Shown here piece after piece: positions 31,304 through 40,968 of a stretch of 64,000 bases of DNA; positions within the stretch are counted from its first letter, which is position 1, and every line of letters begins with the position of its first letter. Both the position numbers and the translations under genes were made by a program. The notes below the pieces were generated by a model. The model did no database searches. It was not told the DNA's origin and worked only from the letters and a program-made list of their open reading frames with translations. Source of the stretch: a virus (Duplodnaviria > Heunggongvirae > Uroviricota > Caudoviricetes); IMG/VR virus record IMGVR_UViG_2861079508_000001. One strand, written 5' to 3'.

Positions 31304-31507
31304 ATGGTCAGCTATGACAAGATCCGCGCAAAGTATCGCGCAAAGTATCGCGCTTATAAACTGGAATTAATCGATGATTTGATCGCGCAACGCGACCAAT
31401 TAAATTTTACGTTTTCTGATTTGCTTAACAGCAAGCGAGATTGCAAGCGCAAACGTGAATACTTACGTTTAAGCGCATTAATCGGAAAACTTCAAAATTC
31501 TATTTAA
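31304..31507 (+). CDS. hypothetical small protein (low-complexity N-terminus)
   Basis: 67 aa ORF containing a 12-bp tandem repeat. Confidence 0.3.
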   Translation: MVSYDKIRAKYRAKYRAYKLELIDDLIAQRDQLNFTFSDLLNSKRDCKRKREYLRLSALIGKLQNSI

Positions 31508-31528
31508 TTTTTTTTAAGGAGCTTAATC

Positions 31529-31759
31529 ATGTTTGTTCTTATCGCTGGCGTTAACGTCCATAATGAATATTATGTTAATCGCATCGCTGGGATCGCTGGT
31601 TACGCTGGGCGCGCAGTCGAGCTTATAGATGAAACGACGCGCAAAATTGACTTATTGAGCGACCAGGAGCGAAAAAAAGCAGACGTGAACGACGCTGATA
31701 TATTTTTAATGTTAAAAGCGTTTGTAGAAATGGGATTTAAAATCAGTTTACACAAATAA
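31529..31759 (+). CDS. hypothetical small protein
   Basis: 76 aa ORF with RBS AAGGAG. Confidence 0.35.
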   Translation: MFVLIAGVNVHNEYYVNRIAGIAGYAGRAVELIDETTRKIDLLSDQERKKADVNDADIFLMLKAFVEMGFKISLHK

Positions 31760-31763
31760 AATC

Positions 31764-31789
31764 GAGCGCCCACTATGGGCGCTTTTTTT
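31764..31789 (+). terminator. intrinsic terminator (hairpin AGCGCCCACTATGGGCGCT plus T7 run)
   Basis: hairpin followed by TTTTTTT. Confidence 0.65.
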
Positions 31790-31810
31790 CGTTTCCAATA
31801 CACCTACCAT

Positions 31811-31838
31811 AACGCGCCATCATTGGCGCGTTTTTATT
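31811..31838 (+). terminator. intrinsic terminator (AACGCGCCA-TCAT-TGGCGCGTT plus T-run)
   Basis: hairpin and T-run read from sequence. Confidence 0.55.
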
Positions 31839-32244
31839 GTCTTTAACTCACTCCAACAACATAAAAATAAGCGCCAAAATAACGCCATAGACGCGCTTTT
31901 ATATCCTTACCAGTACATGCCCATTACTTAACACATTAACGCGCTTAAAACGCATTATATTGCGCTATAGAGTATGGTTAATCATTGGCTTTTAGTCTTG
32001 CTATGTGATCCGCGTTTATTTGTCGGTGCGGATCGGCATTTTGTTTTGTTCTGTATCCGCTCGCGTATTATGTGCGCGTAATTTTTCACATAATCACACC
32101 ACTTAATCACGTATGTGATTATGCTACGAAAGAAATCTGGATGTCTCAGGCGACGAAAGTCATCATAATTTCCCCCGCTCACCTGTCCGACAACCGCTGG
32201 TTGGATTCCACCAGCTTCCCGATGTTTTTTCTACACAAAGGCGA

Positions 32245-32340
32245 ATGCAGCCGTTTCCCGAAAAAATCCTGGCCGTTCCCCGTCGGCTCATGAATACGTT
32301 CCTCGCCGTTTCTGAAAATTTCCCTGCGGCAGCTGGTGGC
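32245..32340. repeat. array of GCCGTTTCC(C/T)GAAAA-like repeats ending at a Chi octamer
   Basis: Three degenerate copies plus GCTGGTGG at about 32332-32339; related array at 35380-35520. Confidence 0.5.
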
Positions 32341-32375
32341 TATAGAGAAAGGGCCGTTTCTGGCCCTCTTCTCAG

Positions 32376-32858
32376 TTACACGCCATCAAGGATGTGGATG
32401 CGGTTGCTTGCGTATACATTCAGCATAAAGTTAGCGCAAAACAGTTTCCATGTATCAACGCCAGCGGTATACGTAATGTTTTTGCATTTAATTGCATTGT
32501 TGGCGATCCGCATCCCCTGCGATACTGCTTCATCGTCGGAAAATTTGAACGACGATTGAGTTTTAATCCAGACAGAAATCTGCGTAGCGAACTCAATCAG
32601 CTTGGACTGGCAGAATCGCCCGGAGCGCACCGGAAGGACGAACGTTCCGAATCCAGAATTTACCACATATGCTTTCTCAAATACCCGCGAGTAACGACGA
32701 TTGCCAATGATGTCGCGTGCAATAATGCATTTTTCTTGTGCTGACAGTTCTACCGTCTCATTGTCGCGCCATGCACCAAGTACTCGTTTTTCAATGTCAG
32801 AGAACGTTACAGCGATATTGCCATGTGCGGGTGCGTTTACAGTAGCGATAAAATTCAT
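32376..32858 (-). CDS. hypothetical protein
   Basis: 160 aa ORF preceded by promoter and motif. Confidence 0.5.
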   Translation of the reverse strand: MNFIATVNAPAHGNIAVTFSDIEKRVLGAWRDNETVELSAQEKCIIARDIIGNRRYSRVFEKAYVVNSGFGTFVLPVRSGRFCQSKLIEFATQISVWIKTQSSFKFSDDEAVSQGMRIANNAIKCKNITYTAGVDTWKLFCANFMLNVYASNRIHILDGV

Positions 32859-32876
32859 GATTAATTCCTTATCGTA

Positions 32877-32933
32877 AATAACAAATTGTTTTCTTGTTGG
32901 TGTTAATTATCGTTGTACGAATAAGGCGTCAAA
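32877..32933 (-). promoter_or_regulatory. sigma70-like promoter (TTGACG - 16 bp - GATAAT) with downstream AACAA-N-TTGTT motif
   Basis: Hexamers on minus strand; palindrome between -10 and RBS. Confidence 0.5.
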
Positions 32934-33208
32934 GTGGAAAGTTGCGGTAGCCGGACGGGAACAGGTGGGTTTGTCGGTTGCCTGGAGGTAAGAGGTTGGT
33001 GTTATTAGCCTGAGGGAAACAGGATGGTCATTTAAGACCACCAATGCTGGTGGCCTTAATAATTATCGCCCGATTACGCTAAGGATCTTTTCCTCAACTG
33101 ATTTGTTGTTGCGACTAAACTGCCTTGCGTATCTGATGACAGAAGAGGCGTTTTGCTTTCTGACCATCTCGGCTCTTTCCTTCAGGCGTTTCTTGAAATC
33201 GCCCATAT

Positions 33209-33625
33209 TTACCACCAGGCGCAGAAGGTCAGTCTGTTATTGTGAAAGTCGTGGTTCTTAATCAGATCTTCCACAAGCTCTTTCAACTGCCCCACATCAT
33301 GCCAGTAACCTTCGTCGTACTCCTGACTGCCGAAGAAAAAACCTTCCCGAGTAGGCAAGTACTCTTCGCAATTGCTTTCGTTTATGTGCATCAAATGAGC
33401 TTTCAGAAGACAAATGTCATTCATCGTTAATTCTAAAAGCTCACAATTTTCGACTTCACCTACGTTGCGCTCCATCCACCCAACGAGCGCATTGAACTTA
33501 CGGAAGTAAGCAACCTGCTTTCTGGATGCCTCGTTATTCAGATCGTTTTTAGGCTGTGTCTCGATATAGATATCAAGTCCCATGATGGTTTCCTTATTAA
33601 CTTGCTTCAGTAAAATCATTTTCAC
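33209..33625 (-). CDS. hypothetical protein
   Basis: 138 aa ORF; likely true start a few codons inside. Confidence 0.45.
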   Translation of the reverse strand: MKMILLKQVNKETIMGLDIYIETQPKNDLNNEASRKQVAYFRKFNALVGWMERNVGEVENCELLELTMNDICLLKAHLMHINESNCEEYLPTREGFFFGSQEYDEGYWHDVGQLKELVEDLIKNHDFHNNRLTFCAWW

Positions 33626-33666
33626 AAATCAGATAAGGCAGAAAACAAATTGTTATCTGGCTTAAT

Positions 33667-33692
33667 AAAATGGCGCGGTTTACGCGCCATTT
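33667..33692. terminator. intrinsic terminator hairpin (AATGGCGCG-GTTTA-CGCGCCATT)
   Basis: Hairpin flanked by A/T runs, immediately after a TAA at about 33701. Confidence 0.5.
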
Positions 33693-33856
33693 AAAGAGGA
33701 TTAAGCGAATACGCTTTCAGGGATTAAGGTGTCGGCAGGAATGCCAGAGGTAATGCGCAGGCCGTACTGACCAATCCAGGTAGTGTTGGTATTCAGGCTG
33801 GAGGCGAATACGGTGTTAACCATATTCATCATGGTTTCAAACACCTCTTCATCAAC

Positions 33857-34096
33857 CTAGCGGAAGTAGTTCTCGATTTTCAGCAGCAGCGGGTCAGTTG
33901 CATCGAGAATGGACTGGTATTGAGTCGCGTACTCGCCGCCGGAGGCATCACCTTTACGCACGATCGTACTGGCCTGGACTTCGGCACCAGTTTCGGTGTT
34001 GTACGTAACAACGGTAATTTTTGCCACATTCTTACCTTCGGCGGTTTCAGAGGCATAGTAAACATCAACTGTCAGTTTTTCGCGTTTAACGGTCAT
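33857..34096 (-). CDS. hypothetical protein, apparently truncated (79 aa) by a premature TAG
   Basis: ORF ends at TAG; protein-like reading frame continues about 49 codons to a TAA at about 33701 followed by a terminator. Confidence 0.45.
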   Translation of the reverse strand: MTVKREKLTVDVYYASETAEGKNVAKITVVTYNTETGAEVQASTIVRKGDASGGEYATQYQSILDATDPLLLKIENYFR

Positions 34097-34221
34097 TTCA
34101 CTCTCCGTAGTGTATTGGTTATTTTTATATTCTATAATCGTAAGTATTTACTTACAATACAAAAAGCCCCGTAAGGATGGCGGGGCTGTCGTACTGTCGA
34201 CTAATTGCCACTTGCACATTA

Positions 34222-34533
34222 TCAGGCTATTGCCATCACTGATGCTCTCTGAATTTCTTGCTGGGCCACGCGGTTAACTTCCATCAAGGCCAGTTCGAGC
34301 TGATGTTCCGGCCACATTCTTTGAAACGCCATCCAGCCTTTTCCACGCTGGCGACGAACATTCATTACATAACGAGTAAAGGTGTTTTTATCGAAAGACA
34401 CCGCTGTTTCACGGAACAGACGAATAGAGGTTCCATTGGCAACGATGTCCAGCAAAGTTAATTGAGCAACCAGCGCAGGCTTCTCTTTTCTCTTCTGGTC
34501 TTTGTCCAGACCAAGAACCAATGATTTTTTCAT
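34222..34533 (-). CDS. hypothetical protein
   Basis: Start at MKKSLVLG with RBS GGAG; motif AAACAACTTGTTTTCT immediately upstream. Confidence 0.5.
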   Translation of the reverse strand: MKKSLVLGLDKDQKRKEKPALVAQLTLLDIVANGTSIRLFRETAVSFDKNTFTRYVMNVRRQRGKGWMAFQRMWPEHQLELALMEVNRVAQQEIQRASVMAIA

Positions 34534-34544
34534 CACAACTCCGT

Positions 34545-34560
34545 AAACAACTTGTTTTCT
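34545..34560. promoter_or_regulatory. palindromic motif AAACAACTTGTTTTCT
   Basis: between -10-like TATTAT and RBS of downstream gene. Confidence 0.45.
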
Positions 34561-34687
34561 CAATGGCGTAAATAATACCAATAAGAAAACGGCTACAAAG
34601 CATAATGATCAGGTGCATGAGCGATATGCAGGTTCTTCCCTGCGGCTACAGATTAAGTTAAGCCAGCAATGCTGGCTTTGGTTGGGA

Positions 34688-35017
34688 TTACGCGAATACC
34701 TCAAGAAACTCCTGAACGTCCCAATGCTGGACGAGGTGAAGATAGACCTTAGAAATCACGTCATTTTCGCTATCGCATGTGAAGTAGTACTTCTGGCTGC
34801 GGTTGTATGTGTCCACACAAAATTCGCTCATATCCATAAAGTCAGCATCATCACCCAGGTCGCTAATCATCAAAGCAGGTGCATCATCACGAGTCATCAG
34901 CTCCAGCACCCATCTTGAATTAATCAGAGTGGAAGACCAACCTTCCAGCTCATAAAACTGGTCAAACTCTTTTTGAGTCAATTTCTTAATTTGGTTGATG
35001 TCGATATTTGCAAACAT
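34688..35017 (-). CDS. hypothetical acidic protein
   Basis: Start at MFANIDINQ with RBS AAGGA. Confidence 0.5.
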   Translation of the reverse strand: MFANIDINQIKKLTQKEFDQFYELEGWSSTLINSRWVLELMTRDDAPALMISDLGDDADFMDMSEFCVDTYNRSQKYYFTCDSENDVISKVYLHLVQHWDVQEFLEVFA

Positions 35018-35029
35018 AAAGCAATCCTT

Positions 35030-35045
35030 AAACAAGATGTTTTCT
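35030..35045. promoter_or_regulatory. palindromic motif AAACAAGATGTTTTCT
   Basis: between -10-like GATAAT and RBS. Confidence 0.45.
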
Positions 35046-35379
35046 TAATGGTGTTATTATCGCAATAACGCACAGGCGAAAAAGGATTTTATTCCGGTGA
35101 ATGTGGTTTTGGCAGTGAGTTTTCAGGTTCAGTACAGAGTACACTTTTTACATTATTCTGATTTAGTGGCCGAAGATGGCTGGTGGGCAGAATAATCATC
35201 TCCCCGAAAACCTACTGAAATCGATTGTGACCCGTTGGCTGTCTGGCACAATTACGCTGTAACTGGGCATTCAGAGGGAATCCAGCGGTAAGTAGGTTCG
35301 CCTTCACGTGAGCGCCTCTCTTCTTCCCGCACATTACAGGTGGGTAGCCGCAACTCTCCCTCTCGCTATGCCGGTACGC

Positions 35380-35520
35380 CGCCGTTCCTGAACCGGCATC
35401 GAGCCTTTTCCCGAAATCCACACAGGCAACTCGACCGTTTCCCTGAAAACCTCCAGCCGTTCCCCGAAGGCAACCCAGCCGTTTCTGTAGCGGGATGCAA
35501 CCTTTTCCCTGTATGGACCG
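35380..35520. repeat. array of about 6 degenerate (G)CCGTTTCCC(T)GAA-like repeats
   Basis: Units at about 22-bp spacing read from sequence; Chi octamer at about 35179-35186 nearby. Confidence 0.5.
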
Positions 35521-35619
35521 AAGGCTGACCGTAGGGGTGTTACGGGGGATAAAATCAGGAGTTGAATAAATACGAAAAAGGAGGCGACACCCCTCCTTCC
35601 CTCCCCACTTATACATACC

Positions 35620-36580
35620 TGGCTTCTTCGCTATACATGTTGTGTTTTATCTGTCTCAACCTCTCTATAGGCGTTAATGCTCACTCCTTCCAGAATGTTC
35701 TATACGGCAACTATTTCTGTTGGTGAATTGGGTGTGTTGTTCTCTCTGTCGGTGTATGTGGTTTCGTTCGTTTTGCGGTGGTTCTTCTATGGGGTGTTCT
35801 CGTCGTTTTGGTGATTGTTCTTCTCCGTGTATGGAGTAATGGCAGGTGGGCGATTCCTTTCGTTGTTGTGTTTGAGTTGTTTGTCTGGAGTGTGTGAAAG
35901 GCTTTTGCAGTTATTCGTGTATTGGGTAATGGCATTTCCCGTGATTGTTGTGTTTCGTGTCTTTTGGGATTGAGAGAAACCTTGCGGTTACAGGCTTCGT
36001 TGGGGTTTCAGTGATTCTGGTGTTCTTCGCTGTTTGGGGAATGGCGTGTCGTGGGTATCGCGCGTATGAATGTTTTCGGATTGCCTGTGAAAGTTAGGTT
36101 GGTTGTCCGGTAGCCTGGGGAGAAGAGGTGGGTCTTTTCGGTAGCCTGCCATAAAGAGGTTGGTTGTTTTTGGAAATGGCATTTGTGTTATTTAGTTGTT
36201 TTGTTATGCCTGAAAATAAGTTGTTTATATGGTTGTGTAACGCAACGGGAGCGATTTTGAGCGTGTGTTTTTGTTGGTAGTGTGTTGGGTCGTCTGTGGT
36301 GAAAATTGGACGCTGTGGCGCTGTCTGCTGCGTAGAGTTACGGGTATAAGCAGTGATGTGTGAAAACGTCAATTTTTTAGACCAAATCGGGTGAAAGCGT
36401 TGATGTTTCGTTGATCTGTTATTCAGTTGTTTTCTTGATTGTATAAACAACTATAACTTATTGATATTTAAGGATGTGATTGCGGGTATGGAAGAAGAGT
36501 AGTGGCGATCAACGGATTCTTATAGAAAAGAATCAAATTGTGACCGCCATTATCAACTGATTGATTTGTTTACTTGTGTA
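35620..36580. repeat. ORF-free GT-rich, C-depleted region with degenerate repeats
   Basis: No ORF of 60 aa or more on plus strand; strong G+T skew; repeated GGNAATGGC and GGTAGCCTG...AGAGGTNGGT units. Confidence 0.6.
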
Positions 36581-36581
36581 G

Positions 36582-36980
36582 TCAGTTCTCGAAATGAATA
36601 GGGTCAACGTAATGCCGCTCACCGCTTTTACCATTACACAGCACTGTAACTTTCGCCTTTTCACTCCAGGCTGAGTATAGAAAGTTCCCATCAGGTTGAA
36701 CATGGTAACGAGAGAAGTAAACATCGCCGACTGAGGCGTCGAACATGTTCCTATCTTTTTCACTTTGGGCAAGCGAGATGGATATCACCGAATTCCCATT
36801 TGGGGAAACGATTTTAAATTTATTCCCTATATCCATAACAATATTGTAACCAGGTAATTGCTTGTGTGTTTCCGGATCTATTTTCATGCATCGTGGGTAC
36901 ACGATAGTGTTAGGCTCTTCAACTGGCGTGGCATTAGCAGAAAGCACAAAAAATATTAGTGCCAATGGTGCATATTTCAT
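36582..36980 (-). CDS. secreted/periplasmic hypothetical protein
   Basis: N-terminal signal peptide MKYAPLALIFFVLSANA. Confidence 0.5.
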   Translation of the reverse strand: MKYAPLALIFFVLSANATPVEEPNTIVYPRCMKIDPETHKQLPGYNIVMDIGNKFKIVSPNGNSVISISLAQSEKDRNMFDASVGDVYFSRYHVQPDGNFLYSAWSEKAKVTVLCNGKSGERHYVDPIHFEN

Positions 36981-37274
36981 TTATCCCTCACAATTTCCAA
37001 TTTTCCAGACCATCGTCTATTTCAGCGTCAGGGTGGAATTGTACCGCATCAAATCCTACATCGAGCACCTTTCGAATGTTCTTGATGGTTTGCTATGTGA
37101 CACCGTAATCACGCAGCTTTTCTTCCCTCCCCTGACTCCCCCATACTCCGTTTCTGTACCCAATTGAGTCCGAGATTGTATGGTGCTCGAAACAGATATT
37201 TGGTAGACACTCAGAGTCATGCTGTGTAACGAGGGTAGGGCTACTAACTGTCGTCTTATACAATTTGGTGAGTT

Positions 37275-37523
37275 TCAGCATTTTACCACCCCGTTCGGAA
37301 ACAACTCATTCGCCGTAGTTGATATAACCTCCCAATTAACGCCGACATCAGCGTTATGGCATTGTCTGATTTTTTGCATCACCTGTACGCATTGTTCATC
37401 AGTGAGATCTGTCCTTACTTCAGCAATATCTTCTTTGTGCCACATAACCATGAGTAAGGGTTCGTCTTCTGGATAGTTTTTCAGTTTCTCGATGATTTCT
37501 TTTGCTGTTCCAAACATCTTCAT
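37275..37523 (-). CDS. hypothetical protein
   Basis: 82 aa ORF with motif upstream. Confidence 0.45.
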   Translation of the reverse strand: MKMFGTAKEIIEKLKNYPEDEPLLMVMWHKEDIAEVRTDLTDEQCVQVMQKIRQCHNADVGVNWEVISTTANELFPNGVVKC

Positions 37524-37528
37524 CTCCT

Positions 37529-37593
37529 AAACAATTTGTTTTCTTATATGACTTATTATCTCAATCAACAAAAGGTAGAAAACAAATTGTTTT
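37529..37593. promoter_or_regulatory. two inverted copies of AACAA-N-TTGTT motif; the second is split by the host-segment junction
   Basis: AAACAATTTGTTTTCT and AGAAAACAAATTGTTTT; the latter is completed by TTGTTTTCTAG at about 41159. Confidence 0.5.
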
Positions 37594-37633
37594 AGAGTTT
37601 GTTAAAGTCAGAAGGGGTTGTGTCTATATGAAA

Positions 37634-37656
37634 ATGCCCGGCGTGTTGCCGGGCAT
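37634..37656 (-). terminator. intrinsic terminator downstream of metG
   Basis: Hairpin ATGCCCGGC-GTGTT-GCCGGGCAT followed by T-run on minus strand. Confidence 0.6.
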
Positions 37657-37676
37657 TGCGAAGAGAGGTTGTTTAA

Positions 37677-39710
37677 TTACTTAACCTGGTGGCCAGGTTT
37701 AGCACCAGCATCCGGGCTTAACAGGAAGATATCTTTCCCGCCGGGGCCAGCAGCCATCACCATGCCTTCAGAGATACCGAAGCGCATTTTACGTGGTGCC
37801 AGGTTAGCCACCATAATGGTGTGACGACCAATCAGTGCCTGTGGATCTGGATAAGCGGAACGGATGCCTGAGAAGACATTACGCTTTTCACCACCGAGAT
37901 CCAGCGTCAGGCGAAGCAGTTTGTCAGAACCTTCTACAAACTCTGCGTTTTCAATCAGCGCCACGCGCAGGTCAACTTTGGCGAAGTCGTCAAAGGTGAT
38001 AGTTTCCTGAATCGGGTCGTCAGCCAGTGGGCCAGTTACCGGTGCGGCTGTGGCTTTCACTTCTTCTTTGGATGCTTCCACCAGTGCTTCAACCTGCTTC
38101 ATATCGATGCGGTTATACAGTGCCTTGAACGGATTCACTTTATGGCCCAGCAGCGGTTGCTGGATACCATCCCAGGTCAGTTCTGTATTCAGGAATGCTT
38201 CTGCACGTTCAGTCAGTTTCGGCAGTACCGGTTTCAGGTACGTCATCAGCACGCGGAACAGGTTAATGCCCATAGAGCAAATCGCCTGCAGATCGGCATC
38301 GCGTCCTTCCTGCTTTGCCACCACCCACGGAGCCTGTTCATCAACATAGCGGTTAGCCAGGTCAGCCAGTGCCATGATTTCACGGATAGCTTTGCCAAAT
38401 TCGCGGCTTTCCCATGCTTCGCCAATCACTTCAGCGGCATCAGTAAAGGTTTTGTACAGTTGCGGGTCAGCCAGTTCGCTTGCCAGCACGCCGTCAAAAC
38501 GCTTGTTGATAAAGCCTGCATTACGGGAGGCCAGGTTAACCACTTTGTTAACGATATCGGCATTCACACGCTGAACGAAATCTTCCAGGTTGAGATCGAT
38601 ATCATCAATGCGCGAAGAGAGTTTCGCAGTGTAGTAGTAACGCAGGCTGTCGGCGTCAAAATGATTCAGCCAGGTGCTGGCTTTAATAAAGGTGCCGCGA
38701 GACTTGGACATCTTCGCGCCGTTCACCGTCACATAGCCGTGAACAAACAGGTTGGTCGGCTTGCGGAAGTTGCTGCCTTCCAGCATGGCAGGCCAGAACA
38801 GGCTGTGGAAGTAAACGATATCTTTGCCGATGAAGTGGTACAGCTCGGCGGTGGAGTCTTTCTTCCAGTATTCGTCGAAGCTGGTAGTGTCGCCGCGTTT
38901 GTCGCACAGATTCTTGAAGGAACCCATGTAGCCAATCGGCGCGTCCAGCCAGACGTAGAAGTATTTGCCCGGTGCGTTCGGAATTTCAAAACCGAAGTAA
39001 GGTGCGTCACGGGAGATATCCCACTGTTGCAGGCCAGATTCAAACCACTCCTGCATTTTGTTTGCCACCTGCTCCTGCAACGCACCGCTGCGGGTCCATG
39101 CCTGCAACATTTCGCTGAAAGAAGGCAGATCAAAGAAGAAGTGTTCGGAATCACGCATTACCGGTGTAGCGCCAGAAACCACTGATTTCGGCTCGATCAG
39201 TTCCGTCGGGCTGTATGTCGCGCCGCAGACTTCACAGTTATCGCCGTATTGATCCGGCGCTTTACATTTCGGGCATGTGCCTTTTACAAAACGGTCCGGC
39301 AGGAACATGCCTTTTTCCGGGTCGTACAGCTGAGAGATGGTGCGGTTTTTAATAAAACCGTTCTCTTTCAGGCGAGTATAGATAAGCTCGGACAACTGAC
39401 GGTTCTCTTCGCTGTGCGTCGAGTGATAGTTGTCATAGCTGATGTTAAAGCCTGCGAAATCAGTCTGATGTTCCTGACTCATTTCGCCAATCATCTGTTC
39501 CGGTGTGATACCAAGCTGCTGTGCTTTCAGCATGATTGGCGTACCGTGGGCATCGTCGGCACAGATGAAATTAACCTCGTGGCCGCGCATTCGCTGGTAA
39601 CGAACCCAGACATCAGCCTGGATGTGCTCCAGCATATGGCCGAGGTGGATTGAGCCGTTAGCGTACGGCAGCGCGCACGTCACCAGAATTTTCTTCGCGA
39701 CTTGGGTCAT
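37677..39710 (-). CDS. metG: methionine--tRNA ligase (enterobacterial host-type)
   Basis: 677 aa from [25 protein letters not shown] (HIGH motif), KMSKS motif, C-terminal tRNA-binding domain; near-identical to Escherichia MetG by recall. Confidence 0.95.
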   Translation of the reverse strand: MTQVAKKILVTCALPYANGSIHLGHMLEHIQADVWVRYQRMRGHEVNFICADDAHGTPIMLKAQQLGITPEQMIGEMSQEHQTDFAGFNISYDNYHSTHSEENRQLSELIYTRLKENGFIKNRTISQLYDPEKGMFLPDRFVKGTCPKCKAPDQYGDNCEVCGATYSPTELIEPKSVVSGATPVMRDSEHFFFDLPSFSEMLQAWTRSGALQEQVANKMQEWFESGLQQWDISRDAPYFGFEIPNAPGKYFYVWLDAPIGYMGSFKNLCDKRGDTTSFDEYWKKDSTAELYHFIGKDIVYFHSLFWPAMLEGSNFRKPTNLFVHGYVTVNGAKMSKSRGTFIKASTWLNHFDADSLRYYYTAKLSSRIDDIDLNLEDFVQRVNADIVNKVVNLASRNAGFINKRFDGVLASELADPQLYKTFTDAAEVIGEAWESREFGKAIREIMALADLANRYVDEQAPWVVAKQEGRDADLQAICSMGINLFRVLMTYLKPVLPKLTERAEAFLNTELTWDGIQQPLLGHKVNPFKALYNRIDMKQVEALVEASKEEVKATAAPVTGPLADDPIQETITFDDFAKVDLRVALIENAEFVEGSDKLLRLTLDLGGEKRNVFSGIRSAYPDPQALIGRHTIMVANLAPRKMRFGISEGMVMAAGPGGKDIFLLSPDAGAKPGHQVK

Positions 39711-39867
39711 AGTAGGCATTACTTCTTTGTAGTGAAAAGGGGCTTGATAGTAACAAAATGGCCTTATGTCTGCCATGTGATAACAGCATTTCTCATAAAT
39801 GATTAAATGTCGTAGCTGGAGTACACTACAAGGCGACAATTGCGCAAATTAAAATAAAGGAGACGGG

Positions 39868-40968
39868 ATGAGCGAGTCCAAATCGCCGGATGCCCTGAGA
39901 GCAATGGTAGCCGGTACGCTGGCTAATTTTCAGCACCCAACCCTGAAACACAACCTGACTACGCTTAAAGCGTTACACCATGTTGCGTTGATGGATGACA
40001 CACTGCATGTCGAACTAATCATGCCTTTCGTGTGGAATAAGCCTTTTGAAGACCTGAAAGAGCAATGTAGTGGTGATCTGCTCCGTATCACTGGCGCAAA
40101 GGCTATTGACTGGAAGCTGTCGTACAACATTGCCACGCTTAAGCGCGTCAAAAACCAACCAGGCATTAATGGCGTTAAGAACATTATCGCCGTCAGCTCA
40201 GGCAAGGGCGGCGTGGGTAAATCCTCCACGGCGGTAAACCTGGCACTGGCGTTGGCTGCTGAAGGTGCGAAAGTTGGTATTTTGGATGCCGATATCTATG
40301 GTCCATCAATTCCAACCATGCTGGGCGCGGAAAACCAACGTCCAACCTCACCGGACGGTACTCACATGGCACCTATCATGTCTCATGGCCTGGCAACCAA
40401 CTCTATTGGTTATCTGGTCACCGACGACAATGCAATGGTGTGGCGTGGACCGATGGCCAGCAAGGCGCTGATGCAGATGTTGCAGGAAACACTGTGGCCT
40501 GATCTGGACTATCTCGTTCTCGATATGCCACCGGGCACTGGTGATATTCAATTGACGCTGGCGCAGAACATTCCTGTAACTGGTGCGGTTGTGGTAACTA
40601 CGCCGCAAGACATCGCGCTGATCGATGCGAAGAAAGGCATTGTGATGTTCGAAAAAGTCGAAGTGCCGGTACTGGGTATCGTTGAAAACATGAGTGTGCA
40701 TATTTGCAGTAACTGCGGTCATCACGAGCCAATTTTTGGCACCGGTGGCGCACAGAAACTGGCCGAGAAATACAACACGCAGTTGTTAGGCCAAATGCCA
40801 CTTCATATCTCTCTTCGTGAAGATCTGGATAACGGAACACCAACCGTTATTAGTCGTCCAGATAGTGAATTTACGGCTATTTATCGTGACCTCGCAGATC
40901 GCGTTGCTGCCCAAATGTATTGGCAAGGTGAAGTAATACCTGGCGAAATCGCATTCCGCGCAGTGTGA
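39868..40968 (+). CDS. apbC: Fe-S cluster carrier ATPase ApbC/Mrp
   Basis: Walker [11 protein letters not shown] and CxxC motif CSNCGH; divergent from metG as in enterobacterial chromosomes. Confidence 0.95.
   Translation: MSESKSPDALRAMVAGTLANFQHPTLKHNLTTLKALHHVALMDDTLHVELIMPFVWNKPFEDLKEQCSGDLLRITGAKAIDWKLSYNIATLKRVKNQPGINGVKNIIAVSSGKGGVGKSSTAVNLALALAAEGAKVGILDADIYGPSIPTMLGAENQRPTSPDGTHMAPIMSHGLATNSIGYLVTDDNAMVWRGPMASKALMQMLQETLWPDLDYLVLDMPPGTGDIQLTLAQNIPVTGAVVVTTPQDIALIDAKKGIVMFEKVEVPVLGIVENMSVHICSNCGHHEPIFGTGGAQKLAEKYNTQLLGQMPLHISLREDLDNGTPTVISRPDSEFTAIYRDLADRVAAQMYWQGEVIPGEIAFRAV

Noticed and set aside
35711-36450. ORF-track ORFs 35711-35935, 35988-36182 and 36094-36450 (minus strand)
   Set aside because: Translations are low-complexity T/P/H/K-rich strings produced by the compositional skew; no RBS or start context. 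Treated as non-coding.
35620-36580. Possible CRISPR array in the GT-rich repeat region
   Set aside because: Repeat units are degenerate and irregularly spaced (about 90-135 bp), with no constant repeat/spacer periodicity and no cas genes.
38142-39185. 347-aa plus-strand ORF inside metG
   Set aside because: Antisense to a highly conserved metG coding region; shadow ORF.
39711-39839. 43-codon N-terminal extension of metG in the ORF track (720 aa)
   Set aside because: The conserved MetG start is at MTQVAKK; the upstream in-frame codons lie in the metG-apbC intergenic promoter region.
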